Positions 48,433 through 57,474 of a DNA stretch of 64,000 bases are shown here, piece after piece. Each line of letters opens with the position of its first letter. Position 1 is the first letter of the stretch. The DNA lies in NCBI GenBank assembly GCA_963665145.1, contig OY762064.1, forward strand, positions 1,410,403 to 1,474,402. The letters are read 5' to 3'. The stretch is from Gammaproteobacteria bacterium. Lineage in GTDB: Bacteria > Pseudomonadota > Gammaproteobacteria > Steroidobacterales > Foliamicaceae. The notes under the pieces were generated by a model that was not told where the DNA came from, made no database searches, and saw nothing but the letters and a program-made list of their open reading frames with translations. The position numbers and the translations under genes were made by a program.

Positions 48433-49167
48433 ATGATGAAGAAACTGCTCGCTGTGGCCGCTCTGGCCCTGCTTTCCGCTACGGCTTCGGCGGACCTTGC
48501 TGAAGAGCTTGCGATGAGCGGCCGTTCGGACGAGGACAAGGCCCGCGACGCGGCAAGGAGGCCTGCGGAAGTGCTCGCGTTTCTTGGTGTGGAGCCGGGG
48601 ATGACCGTAATGGACCTGCTCGCATCCGGTGGTTGGTACACCGAGGTGCTGTCAGTTGCCGTGGGGCCCGATGGAACCGTTTACGCGCAAAATCCCCCGA
48701 TGCTGCTGGGCTTTAATGACGGCGCCTATGACAAGGCGATTACGGCCCGCCTGGCGGACAAGCGGCTGCCGAACGTGGTGCGGCTGGACCGCGAGGAGGG
48801 AGACACCGGCCTCGAGCCCGGCTCGCTGGACGCAGCGTTGACCGCGCTGAACCTGCACGACCGGCACAACTTCGGTAGCGGCGAGGATGTTGCCGTCCTG
48901 CTGGCCGCGGTGAAGGTTTTGCTGAAACCCGGCGGCGTGCTGGGCGTGATCGACCATTACGGCGACTCGGACAAGAACAACACCCAGTTGCATCGCCTTG
49001 ACGTGGCCACGGCATTGCCGATTGTCGAGGCTGCCGGCTTTGAGATCGAGAGTTCGGACCTGCTGCGCAACCCCGACGACGATCACTCGATCATGGTGTT
49101 CGATCCGGCGATCCGGGGGAAGACCGACCGCTTGCTCCTCAAGCTCAGGAAACCCGCCGCCGAATAA
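48433..49167 (+). CDS. Secreted class I methyltransferase-fold protein
   Basis: 244-aa ORF with a Sec-type signal peptide (MMKKLLAVAALALLSATASA), then a methyltransferase-like core (GMTVMDLLASGGWYTEVL ... LKPGGVLGVIDH). Confidence 0.65.
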   Translation: MMKKLLAVAALALLSATASADLAEELAMSGRSDEDKARDAARRPAEVLAFLGVEPGMTVMDLLASGGWYTEVLSVAVGPDGTVYAQNPPMLLGFNDGAYDKAITARLADKRLPNVVRLDREEGDTGLEPGSLDAALTALNLHDRHNFGSGEDVAVLLAAVKVLLKPGGVLGVIDHYGDSDKNNTQLHRLDVATALPIVEAAGFEIESSDLLRNPDDDHSIMVFDPAIRGKTDRLLLKLRKPAAE

Positions 49168-49175
49168 CCCCAACC

Positions 49176-49209
49176 GCGGTCTTCCGCACCACAGGGGGCG
49201 GAAGACCGC
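49176..49209. terminator. GC-rich hairpin between convergent genes (candidate bidirectional terminator)
   Basis: GCGGTCTTCCGC (49176-49187) and GCGGAAGACCGC (49198-49209) form a perfect 12-bp stem with a 10-nt loop. It lies between the methyltransferase stop (49167) and the TRAP permease stop (49234). There is no strong U-tract. Confidence 0.5.
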
Positions 49210-49233
49210 TCGCGCCGGCCATTTTGATCGGGG

Positions 49234-50520
49234 TCAGCGCAGCGTGATTGCGGGAAACAGGATCAACACGCCCAGCAGGAGGGCGTCGCAGGCCAGGTAG
49301 GGCAGCGCGGCGCGGATGACCATCCCCAGGGTCACGCCCTTTGGCGCGACGCTCTGCATCAGGAACAGGAGAAGTCCGAACGGCGGCGTGGTCAGGCTCA
49401 TCTCCAGCGCAAGCAACACCACGACGCCGAACCACACGGCGTCGAATCCCATCATCGCGGCCAGCGGGAAAAATACCGGGATGGTAAGCAGCAGGATCGA
49501 GATCTGGTCCATGAACATGCCCAGCACCAGCATCAGCGCGAACATCAGCAGCAGCTTGGCATACGGCCCGGCCTCCAGCCCGATCGACCAGTCCACGACC
49601 GCGGTGCTGGCGCCGGAAAACGCCATCAACTGGCTGAATACCGAGGAACTCAGGATCAGCAGGAACACCATCCCGGAAATGCGCACCGTGCTGGCCAGGG
49701 AAGCCTTGAGCGCCTTGACAGTGAGCTTGCGCGCCAGGGCCGCCAGCACGGCCACGCTGAGGGCGCCGAAGGCAGCCGCCTCCGATGGTGTCGCCAGGCC
49801 CAGCACAATGAAACCCACCACGCAGAACACCACCAGGCCCAGCGGCAGGATGTTGAAAGCCAGCAATTGGAGGCGGCGTTTGGCCGGCACCCGCTGAACG
49901 CCATAGCTGGGTGCGCTGGCCGGGTTGAGACGGGCCTGCAGGTAGATTACGAGGCTGTAACCCACCGCCAGCACCAGGCCCGGAAGAATGCCCGCAATCA
50001 ACAGCGCGCCGATATTCAGGCCCGCCAGGCTACCGAGCAGCACACCCAGGGACGACGGCGGGATCATCATGGCCAGGCCGCCGGTGCCGATGATCGGGCC
50101 GATGGACATATGCGGTGCGTAGCCGCGGCGATTCATCTCGGGAATCATCAATGACCCGAGCATGGCGGTGTTGGCCATGGTCGATCCGGTCAGCGTGGAA
50201 AAAGTCGCCCCGCCGGCCACGGTGATGTAGCTCAGGCGCGCGGGAAGCCGCCCGAACAGCGTCTCCAGCGCGTCGAACACCCGTAGCGCCAATCCGGAGT
50301 GAAATAACAGGGCGCCCATGAACACGAACATGGGCACGGCGACCAGCGTGAAGCTGGTAATCAGGCTGGTGGAGTTGTCCACCAGTTGAAGCGGGCCCAC
50401 CCAGTCGCCCATGATCATCCAGGCGCCGATCAGATTGGCCGCCAGGAACGCAAATGCCACCGGCACGCCGAGCGCCATGAAGGCGATTACCAGCAGGAAG
50501 ACTGCGATCCCAGCGGTCAT
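49234..50520 (-). CDS. TRAP transporter large permease subunit (DctM family)
   Basis: 428-aa polytopic membrane ORF with typical DctM composition and size, downstream of the Q and P subunits. Confidence 0.88.
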   Translation of the reverse strand: MTAGIAVFLLVIAFMALGVPVAFAFLAANLIGAWMIMGDWVGPLQLVDNSTSLITSFTLVAVPMFVFMGALLFHSGLALRVFDALETLFGRLPARLSYITVAGGATFSTLTGSTMANTAMLGSLMIPEMNRRGYAPHMSIGPIIGTGGLAMMIPPSSLGVLLGSLAGLNIGALLIAGILPGLVLAVGYSLVIYLQARLNPASAPSYGVQRVPAKRRLQLLAFNILPLGLVVFCVVGFIVLGLATPSEAAAFGALSVAVLAALARKLTVKALKASLASTVRISGMVFLLILSSSVFSQLMAFSGASTAVVDWSIGLEAGPYAKLLLMFALMLVLGMFMDQISILLLTIPVFFPLAAMMGFDAVWFGVVVLLALEMSLTTPPFGLLLFLMQSVAPKGVTLGMVIRAALPYLACDALLLGVLILFPAITLR

Positions 50521-50539
50521 GACGTGACCTCGTTCAACA

Positions 50540-51052
50540 TCAGAAAGCCTGCTCGGCGTCGGCCTGTGACATGCTGTCGCCGCGCAGCAGGCAGCGCAGG
50601 AATTCCACCGCCATCATGGCGAAACCGATGGTGACCGGCGCGAACAATACCGAGCGCGGCATGTCCAGAGATCGGATCTCCACCTCGCCGCGCAGGGCGC
50701 CTTCCACCGCCAGGATTCCGGCCAGGACCGCAACGATGATGCTGACCAGCGCGCAGAGACCGAAGATCACCTTGTCCAGCCTCGACCGGACCCCGTCGGC
50801 GGTGCGGCGATAGAGCACTTCCACCACGATCCAGGCCCGCTCGCGCACCAGCCATGGAGCGGCGGCCATCGTCATGTACAGCAGGGAGTATTCGGTAAGG
50901 GCAACGGTATAGGCGGGCGGCTGCTGGCCGAGATTGCGCATCGTGACGTCAATCACGATGATCAGGCAATCGGCGGCAATCAGTCCGCAAGCGAACAGCA
51001 CCAGGCCGTTCACCAGGCCGTCCCATGCCCTGGAAATCATGCGCCTGGACAT
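50540..51052 (-). CDS. TRAP transporter small permease subunit (DctQ family)
   Basis: 170-aa ORF with four hydrophobic segments, located between the P and M subunits. Confidence 0.8.
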   Translation of the reverse strand: MSRRMISRAWDGLVNGLVLFACGLIAADCLIIVIDVTMRNLGQQPPAYTVALTEYSLLYMTMAAAPWLVRERAWIVVEVLYRRTADGVRSRLDKVIFGLCALVSIIVAVLAGILAVEGALRGEVEIRSLDMPRSVLFAPVTIGFAMMAVEFLRCLLRGDSMSQADAEQAF

Positions 51053-51056
51053 GTCC

Positions 51057-52076
51057 TCAGCGCTCCGGGCCCTGCTCTTCGGGGTAGAACAGGGGCTTTA
51101 GCACATCCACCGATTCTGGGGCGCGCTTGCGCATCCGTTCCCAGACGACCTGGTGGGCAACATCACGGAAAGCCTCCGGGTCCGGCGCGCGCACGCCCTC
51201 GAACCCGCCGGCTGCCAGCTCGGCGTGCTCGCGGATGCGCAGGTCCCGGAACCATTCGTTGGCCACCACGGCGTATTTCGTCGCCTCGTCGGTCAGGATG
51301 TGGCGGGCTTCCTCGCTCAATTCATTCCAGCGGTCCAGGTTGATCTGCAAGCAGATAGAGAGGTTGAGCACCTCCGGATCGATCCGGTACTGGACGAACT
51401 CCTCCACGCCCAGATCGCCCAGGCCGACGCTGGTAAAGGCCAGGCCATCGACCGTGCCGCGCTGCAGCGCGGTATAGGTTTCGCGCAGGGCAATCTGCAC
51501 CGGACGGGCCCCGAACACGTCCAGCAACTCGCGGTTGGAGGGCGAAGTCCGGATCTTCAGACCGGTAAGGTCGGGCATGCCCTGGGGCGTGAACTTCGGC
51601 CGGCGCGCCAGGTAGATGTTGATGCCGATGCCGGACTGCATCCAACCGATCAGGTGCGCGTTCGCGCGCTTTCTCCAATACGGCTGCAAGGCCTCGAGTG
51701 CGCCGCTGGCGCGCGCTTCCATCGGGTCGATGTTGGCGGCGAAAATCGCATCGCCCTCGGGCAGCAGACCCAGATAGTAGGTAATCCCGCCCAGCGCCAT
51801 GTCGATCACGCCACGGCGCAGCGCATAGAACAACTGCCGCTGCGGAATCACCTCCGGACCGCCGATGAAGTCGATCTGCACCACGCCGCGGCCGCGTTCG
51901 TTAACCGTGTCGATGTAGTGCTGGGCGTGCTGCGAAAAATTGATCTGCCGGTTCCAGGAACTGACAAGCGTCAGCGTTTGCTCGTCGGCAAGCGCCGGCC
52001 CGCACACCGCGAGCGCAAGCAAAATCAGAAAAGCGCTATGCCTGCGCCCTGGCACGTTTCTTGTCCGGCAGCGCAC
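51057..52076 (-). CDS. TRAP transporter substrate-binding protein (DctP family)
   Basis: 339-aa ORF with a signal peptide (SAFLILLALAVCGPALA). Periplasmic-binding-protein-like body, first gene of the P-Q-M arrangement. Confidence 0.8.
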   Translation of the reverse strand: MRCRTRNVPGRRHSAFLILLALAVCGPALADEQTLTLVSSWNRQINFSQHAQHYIDTVNERGRGVVQIDFIGGPEVIPQRQLFYALRRGVIDMALGGITYYLGLLPEGDAIFAANIDPMEARASGALEALQPYWRKRANAHLIGWMQSGIGINIYLARRPKFTPQGMPDLTGLKIRTSPSNRELLDVFGARPVQIALRETYTALQRGTVDGLAFTSVGLGDLGVEEFVQYRIDPEVLNLSICLQINLDRWNELSEEARHILTDEATKYAVVANEWFRDLRIREHAELAAGGFEGVRAPDPEAFRDVAHQVVWERMRKRAPESVDVLKPLFYPEEQGPER

Positions 52077-53406
52077 CGCTCAGCTCCACCTGGCGCAACC
52101 CCCGTTGCAGCAACACAAATCCCACTGCGGCAGAGACCAGGTTTCCCAGGGCTCCACCGTAAAACACGCCGATAAGGCCGAACCACTGGCCCAGAAGCCA
52201 CGACAGCGGCACGTACACCAGCAGCGTGCGGCAGAGCGAAACGAACATGGCCGCCAGGGGTTTGCCCAGAGCATTAAGTGAGGTGTTGGCCAGCATGGTC
52301 ACGCCCAGCAGGCAATAGGTCCAGGGAAGGATGCGCAACTGCGTTACCGCGGCGGTCATGGCGCCCGGATCGTCCGTAAACAGGCCCACGATGGGTTTCG
52401 CGAAGATGGTCAGCATGGTGGCCACGGCGAGTCCGTAAACGGTCAAAAAGCGCAGGCACCAGTTGCGTGCTTCGCGCACCCGGTCCAGCCGCTCCGCTCC
52501 CGCGTTCTGGCCCACGAACGGGCCTAAGGCGGCGCCCAGGGCCATCAACGGCAACAGCGCCAGCGCCTCGGTCCGGAGCCCCACCCCGAAGCCGGCCACC
52601 GCAGTCTGGCCGAAGCGCGCCACCATCGCCACGACGAAGGCCGAAGTCAGCGGCGCCATCAGTCCGGACGCCGTAGCCGAAAGCCCCACATGAAGAATGC
52701 GGCGCCATGAATCGAGAATGAGCTTCATGCCGCGCAGGGTCAGGAACTTGTCGCGGCGAATTCCGATCACCAGCATCGCGGTCAGCGATACCAGGCTGGA
52801 GATTACCGTCGCCAGCGCCGCGCCCTTTACCTCCAGCCGGGGAAACCCGAACAGGCCGAAGATCAGGATGGGATCCAGGATCGCGTTCACCACGGCGGTC
52901 ATGGCCATCAGGAGTCCCGGCGACTTGGCGTCGCCCAGTGCCCGCAAGACCGCTCCGCCGATCGTGGGCCCGACGATGAATACCAGGCCGAACAGGTAAA
53001 TCTGCATGTAGTCGCGGACGAACGGCATGGTGGTCTCGTCGGCCCCCATCAGGCCGAAGATTTCCTCCATGAACAGCCAGCCGATCGCCAGCAGCACCAG
53101 TCCAAGCAGCCCGCACAGCATGAATGCATGGGTTGCGATGCGGCGGACGCGGCGCCTGGCCCCCTGGCCCAGCAGGCGCGCGATCACCGAACTGGCGCCA
53201 ACGCCGATGCCCATCGACATGGCGGCCACCAGGAAGCCGACCGGCTGGGTAAAGCTGACCGCGGCCAGCGGCAACGGCCCCAGGCGGCTGACGAACCATG
53301 CATCGACCAGCCCGAAAGAGATCATGGCCAACAGCCCGATCATCATCGGCACCATCAGTTCCCAGAGATGGCGGCCGACGGGCCCTTCGGTCAGGCGCGC
53401 TTTCAT
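52036..53406 (-). CDS. MATE family efflux transporter
   Basis: 456-aa, 12-TM-like ORF: LWELMVPMMIGLLAMISFGLVDAWFVSRLG is the typical MATE N-terminus. The 3' end overlaps the annotated TRAP-P start by 41 nt. Confidence 0.85.
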   Translation of the reverse strand: MKARLTEGPVGRHLWELMVPMMIGLLAMISFGLVDAWFVSRLGPLPLAAVSFTQPVGFLVAAMSMGIGVGASSVIARLLGQGARRRVRRIATHAFMLCGLLGLVLLAIGWLFMEEIFGLMGADETTMPFVRDYMQIYLFGLVFIVGPTIGGAVLRALGDAKSPGLLMAMTAVVNAILDPILIFGLFGFPRLEVKGAALATVISSLVSLTAMLVIGIRRDKFLTLRGMKLILDSWRRILHVGLSATASGLMAPLTSAFVVAMVARFGQTAVAGFGVGLRTEALALLPLMALGAALGPFVGQNAGAERLDRVREARNWCLRFLTVYGLAVATMLTIFAKPIVGLFTDDPGAMTAAVTQLRILPWTYCLLGVTMLANTSLNALGKPLAAMFVSLCRTLLVYVPLSWLLGQWFGLIGVFYGGALGNLVSAAVGFVLLQRGLRQVELSGALPDKKRARAQA

Positions 53407-53436
53407 GGCCGGCGCGTGGTACGGGACGTCGGGCCC

Positions 53437-54138
53437 TTACAGCCCACGAGTCGCCTCGACAAGTTCCGTCAGGCTGGAAACGGAAAATTCGGGCGCTGCA
53501 TTACCTTGCGGAATTCGGGTCGCGCCGGAAGCTACGCCCGAATAGCGGTCCACCCATGCGGTGCGGATGCCCATGGCCCGGGCGGGCTGGATATCATGGA
53601 ACAGGCTCTGTGCCGCGTGCAGCAGTTCGTTCCCGGCTACGCCCTGGTCGGCGAGCCGGGCAAGGAGGAATTCGAAATTGCGTGGATCCGGCTTGTAGGA
53701 CCCGATTTCCTCGGCCGTGCAAACCAGGTCGAACTCGACGCCGAGCATTTCTTCAGTGGCGGCAAAGGACACCCTGTCCACATTGGACAGAATCGCCAGC
53801 CGGAACCGTTGTTTCAGTGCGCCCAGTGCTTCGACCGTATCGGTAAACGGCGGCCAGAGGCGAACCGAGGCGGCAAATGTGCGGGCTTCAGCGTCGCTGA
53901 CGGGCAATTTGAGTTTCCGGCCGATCCCATGGGCCACCAGTTGCAGGACCCGGGGGTACGGCATGTTCGGGTTGGCCGATTGCACGAGGGGTTCCACCTC
54001 GGCGAAGGCAGCGAGCAGGTCGGCGCGGGCCGGACTCGCGCCCTGCCCGCGCGCCCAGGCGGAAAGCGCCGCGGCGATGCCGCTTTCCCAGTCGATCAAA
54101 GTCCCATAGCAATCGAAGCTGATTGCACGTATTCCCAT
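53437..54138 (-). CDS. HAD-superfamily hydrolase (haloacid dehalogenase type II-like)
   Basis: ORF 53437..54348 trimmed to ATG 54138 (MGIRAISFDCYGTLIDWE), with GGAGGGAAC immediately upstream. HAD motif I DxYGT, motif II ILSN, motif III KPD. Confidence 0.85.
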   Translation of the reverse strand: MGIRAISFDCYGTLIDWESGIAAALSAWARGQGASPARADLLAAFAEVEPLVQSANPNMPYPRVLQLVAHGIGRKLKLPVSDAEARTFAASVRLWPPFTDTVEALGALKQRFRLAILSNVDRVSFAATEEMLGVEFDLVCTAEEIGSYKPDPRNFEFLLARLADQGVAGNELLHAAQSLFHDIQPARAMGIRTAWVDRYSGVASGATRIPQGNAAPEFSVSSLTELVEATRGL

Positions 54139-54211
54139 GTTCCCTCCGCGTCTCTGGATCGCATTGTAGAGGGAGCAAGCGGCACAGTCCGTCAGTGCGC
54201 AGGTTCGTACG

Positions 54212-54217
54212 TAGAAT
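54212..54217 (+). promoter_or_regulatory. Candidate -10 element (TAGAAT) for FAD oxidoreductase copy 1
   Basis: TAGAAT ends 28 nt before ATG 54245. The same hexamer sits at the same spacing before copy 2, followed in both by a CTGGGAGG ribosome-binding site. No convincing -35. Confidence 0.35.
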
Positions 54218-54244
54218 GGCAGGTCGGACTGGGAGGACTCCAAC

Positions 54245-55786
54245 ATGCGAGAGAAAGACCTAGGTTTTCCGCGCGGTGACGGGCAGGTGCAGATCAACAA
54301 GCGGGAACTGCTCACCGGCGCCGGCGCTGCCGCGGCTTTGGCCCTCATGCCGCGGATAAGCCGCGCGGCAAGCGAGACCTGGGACCTGATCGTGGTGGGT
54401 GGAGGATCCGCGGGACTTCCGTGCGCAATCTTCGCGGCCCAGCAGGGCGCCCGGGTCCTGGTGGTGGATCGGGCGCACCGCCTGGGAGGAACGCTGGACC
54501 GCTCATCGGGGCAGATTGCCGCTGCCGGTACGCGCCTTCAGGCGGAACAGGACATTGAGGATTCGCCCCAAGCGCACTTTGATGACATCATGCGCATCAG
54601 CCGCGGCAAGGTGGATCCCGAGTTGACCCGCGTATTCGTGGCGGAGGCGGCCAGGACGATCAACTGGCTCTGCGACCGGGGCTTTGCGCCCCTGCCCGAC
54701 CACCCGGTGACCACCGGCGGTCACGAACCCTACAGGCTGCGACGCTACCAGTGGGCGGCGGAGGGCGGCGTGGCAATCTTGAGAGTGCTATTGCCCCCGT
54801 TTCTGGACCTGGCACGCAAGGGTTCGATCGAATTCCTGATGCGCACCGACGCGCTGGAACTGATACAGGACGGCGCGGGCGCGGTGCGGGGCGTGATGGT
54901 CCGGGACGCGGCGGGCAACAAGACAGACCTGATGGGACGCAAGGTGGCGATCACTACCGGAGGATGCGGCGGCAACCCCGAGATGTTCGAACAGCTGCAC
55001 GGCGTTCCCATGTATGCGCGGCTTGCTTATCCGTTCAATCTCGGTGGCGGCCTGGAAATGGGCGTGGCGGCGGGCGGCGTCTTGCGCGGTGCGGAACTGT
55101 TCACGACCTTTTTCGGCATGGTGCTGAACGATTTCGACGTGCCGAGCACTCCCGCCGGAGTCCCGGTCAACAGCTATCCGCAACGGCGCATGCCCTGGGA
55201 GGTATACGTGAATTCCTCCGGGGAGCGTTTCGTGCGCGAAGACCATCCCAGCGTGGACGAGCGCGAGCACGCGCTGCTGACGCAGAAGGATCATCGCTAC
55301 TGGATGATCTTCGACCAGGAGACCATGGATACCGCGCCGCCGGTGGCGTTGGGATGGGACCGTGCGCGTCTGGACTTCGCCTTCAGCAAGTATCACTTTT
55401 TCTCGCGCGGCGAGACGCTTGCGGAACTGGCCTTCTGGGCCGGCATCGACGCGGACGGCCTTGCGGCGGCCGTTGAGCGCTACAACGCCGGTCAGGCCGC
55501 AGGCCGGGACCCGGATTTCGGCCGCGAGCACATGCCCCTGCCGGTTCGCAAGCCGCCGTACTATGCAATCCGCATGCAGGGCACGCAATTGCTGACGTTT
55601 GCGGGGCTTGACGTCAATCCGCAGCTTCAAGTGCTGAACCAGGAAGGCGAGCCCATTCCCAACCTCTACGCCGCCGGCGAAGTTCTGGGGGCCGGCGCGA
55701 CCACCGGTTTCGGCATCGTCAACGGCATGATGCTGACCCCCGCGCTGGTATTCGGACGCATGATCGGGGAGCGCGTGTTTACCTGA
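54245..55786 (+). CDS. FAD-dependent oxidoreductase (fumarate reductase/KstD-like flavoprotein) with N-terminal export-like signal, tandem copy 1
   Basis: 513-aa ORF: NKRELLTGAGAAAALALMPRISRAAS, then the FAD Rossmann WDLIVVGGGSAGLPCAIFAAQQGARVLVVDR...GGT. C-terminal NLYAAGEVLGAG. Confidence 0.8.
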   Translation: MREKDLGFPRGDGQVQINKRELLTGAGAAAALALMPRISRAASETWDLIVVGGGSAGLPCAIFAAQQGARVLVVDRAHRLGGTLDRSSGQIAAAGTRLQAEQDIEDSPQAHFDDIMRISRGKVDPELTRVFVAEAARTINWLCDRGFAPLPDHPVTTGGHEPYRLRRYQWAAEGGVAILRVLLPPFLDLARKGSIEFLMRTDALELIQDGAGAVRGVMVRDAAGNKTDLMGRKVAITTGGCGGNPEMFEQLHGVPMYARLAYPFNLGGGLEMGVAAGGVLRGAELFTTFFGMVLNDFDVPSTPAGVPVNSYPQRRMPWEVYVNSSGERFVREDHPSVDEREHALLTQKDHRYWMIFDQETMDTAPPVALGWDRARLDFAFSKYHFFSRGETLAELAFWAGIDADGLAAAVERYNAGQAAGRDPDFGREHMPLPVRKPPYYAIRMQGTQLLTFAGLDVNPQLQVLNQEGEPIPNLYAAGEVLGAGATTGFGIVNGMMLTPALVFGRMIGERVFT

Positions 55787-55841
55787 GACCCGCGCCCGCC
55801 CCTTGCAGCGATTGGGCCCGGAGAAACAGGACATTAGTGCA

Positions 55842-55847
55842 TAGAAT
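55842..55847 (+). promoter_or_regulatory. Candidate -10 element (TAGAAT) for FAD oxidoreductase copy 2
   Basis: TAGAAT ends 28 nt before ATG 55875, mirroring copy 1. CTGGGAGG ribosome-binding site downstream. Confidence 0.35.
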
Positions 55848-55874
55848 GTAATCAACACCTGGGAGGGTTCTTGA

Positions 55875-57416
55875 ATGGGCGAGTTTCACTTTGATATCCC
55901 GGAGGAAACTGCGGGACTGCGGTTCAACAAGCGGGAGTTGCTTGCCGGCGCCGGTGCTGCTGCGGCCCTGGCCATGATGCCGCGAATCAGCCGCGCAGCG
56001 AGCGAGACCTGGGACCTGATCGTGGTGGGCGGGGGTTCGGCAGGCCTGCCCTGCGCCATCTTCGCCGCCCAGCAGGGCGCGCGGGTGCTGGTGGTGGACC
56101 GGGCGCACCGCCTGGGCGGAACGCTGGACCGCTCCATTGGACAGATTGCCGCCGCGGGAACGCGCCTGCAGGCCGAGCAGGGGATCGAGGATTCACCCCA
56201 AGCGCACTTTGACGACATCATGCGCATCAGCCACGGCAAGGTTGATACCGAACTGGTGGGCGTTTTCGTCAAGGAGGCAGCCAAGACCATCGACTGGTTC
56301 TGCGATCACGGCTTTACGCCTTTGCAGGACCATCCTGTCACCTCCGGCGGGCACGAACCCTACCTGACGCGCCGCTACCAGTGGGAGGAAAAGGGCGGAG
56401 TGGCACTCCTGAAGATCCTGCTGCCTCCATTCTTCGAACAGGTGCGCAAAGGCTCGATCGAGTTCCTGATCCGTACCGACGCACTGGAGCTCATCCAGGA
56501 TGACTCGGGCGCCGTGCGCGGTGTGATGGTGCGTGACGCCATGGGACGCAAGATGGACCTGATGGGCCGCAAGGTGGCGCTCACCACCGGGGGTTGCGGA
56601 GCTAATCCCGAGATGTTCGAGAAGCTCCACGGCGTGCCCCTGTACGCCAAGATTGCGTATCCCTACAATCTCGGCGGCGGCCTGGAGATGGGAGTGGCGG
56701 CCGGAGGCGAGCTTCGGGGCGCAGAGCTGTTCCAGACATTCTTCGGCATGGTGCTGAACGACTTCAGCGTGCCCAGCACACCGTCACCGGTGCCGGTGCG
56801 AACCGCCCCCGAGTCGCGCATGCCCTGGGAGGTGTACGTGAATTCCTCCGGGCAGCGCTTCGTGCGCGAGGACCATCCCAGCGTGGATGCACGCGAACAT
56901 GCGCTACTTGCGCAGAAGAACCACCGCTATTGGATCGTCTTCGACCAGAACATTCTGGACACGGCGCCGTCCATGGTCGCGGGGTGGGATCGCGCGCAAT
57001 TCGATCTGGCTTTCGACAAGCACCACTTCTTCTCGCGCGCGGATTCGCTCGGCGAGCTGTCGTATTGGGCCGGTATCGACGGCGACGGGCTGACTGCTTC
57101 CCTTGACCGCTACAACGCAAATCAGGCCGGCGGCCAGGACCCGGACTTCGGTCGCGAGCACATGCCTGTGCCGGTCTCAAGGCCGCCGTACTACGCAATC
57201 CGCATGCAGGGCTACCAGTTGCTGTCCTTTGCGGGCCTGAACGTCAGTCCCGATCTGGAGGTGCTGAACGGGAACGGCGAGGCGATTCCCAACCTCTACG
57301 CCGCCGGCGAAGTGCTGGGCGCCGGCGCCACGTCCGGCTTCGGCATCGTCAACGGGATGCTGCTTACACCAGCGCTGGTGTTCGGGCGCATGATCGGGGA
57401 GCGGGTGCTCGCCTGA
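55875..57416 (+). CDS. FAD-dependent oxidoreductase (fumarate reductase/KstD-like flavoprotein), tandem copy 2
   Basis: 513-aa ORF, colinear with copy 1 and the same length. The first ~110 residues are near-identical (NKRELLAGAGAAAALAMMPRISRAASETWDLIVVGGGSAGLPCAIFAAQQGARVLVVDR). Confidence 0.8.
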   Translation: MGEFHFDIPEETAGLRFNKRELLAGAGAAAALAMMPRISRAASETWDLIVVGGGSAGLPCAIFAAQQGARVLVVDRAHRLGGTLDRSIGQIAAAGTRLQAEQGIEDSPQAHFDDIMRISHGKVDTELVGVFVKEAAKTIDWFCDHGFTPLQDHPVTSGGHEPYLTRRYQWEEKGGVALLKILLPPFFEQVRKGSIEFLIRTDALELIQDDSGAVRGVMVRDAMGRKMDLMGRKVALTTGGCGANPEMFEKLHGVPLYAKIAYPYNLGGGLEMGVAAGGELRGAELFQTFFGMVLNDFSVPSTPSPVPVRTAPESRMPWEVYVNSSGQRFVREDHPSVDAREHALLAQKNHRYWIVFDQNILDTAPSMVAGWDRAQFDLAFDKHHFFSRADSLGELSYWAGIDGDGLTASLDRYNANQAGGQDPDFGREHMPVPVSRPPYYAIRMQGYQLLSFAGLNVSPDLEVLNGNGEAIPNLYAAGEVLGAGATSGFGIVNGMLLTPALVFGRMIGERVLA

Positions 57417-57474
57417 CGTCCCTCGGACGGGGGGCTCGCGTGCAGATACTCGCAGTGGGGGCGCCCTCGCGGCA

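Noticed and set aside
52036-52076. 41-nt overlap between the MATE 3' end and the TRAP substrate-binding gene 5' end; also the 46-nt lipB/dacA overlap and the 23-nt murU/lipB convergent overlap.
   Set aside because: These are most simply explained by uncertain start-codon choice, or by ordinary compact gene packing. There is no evidence of frameshifting or fusion.
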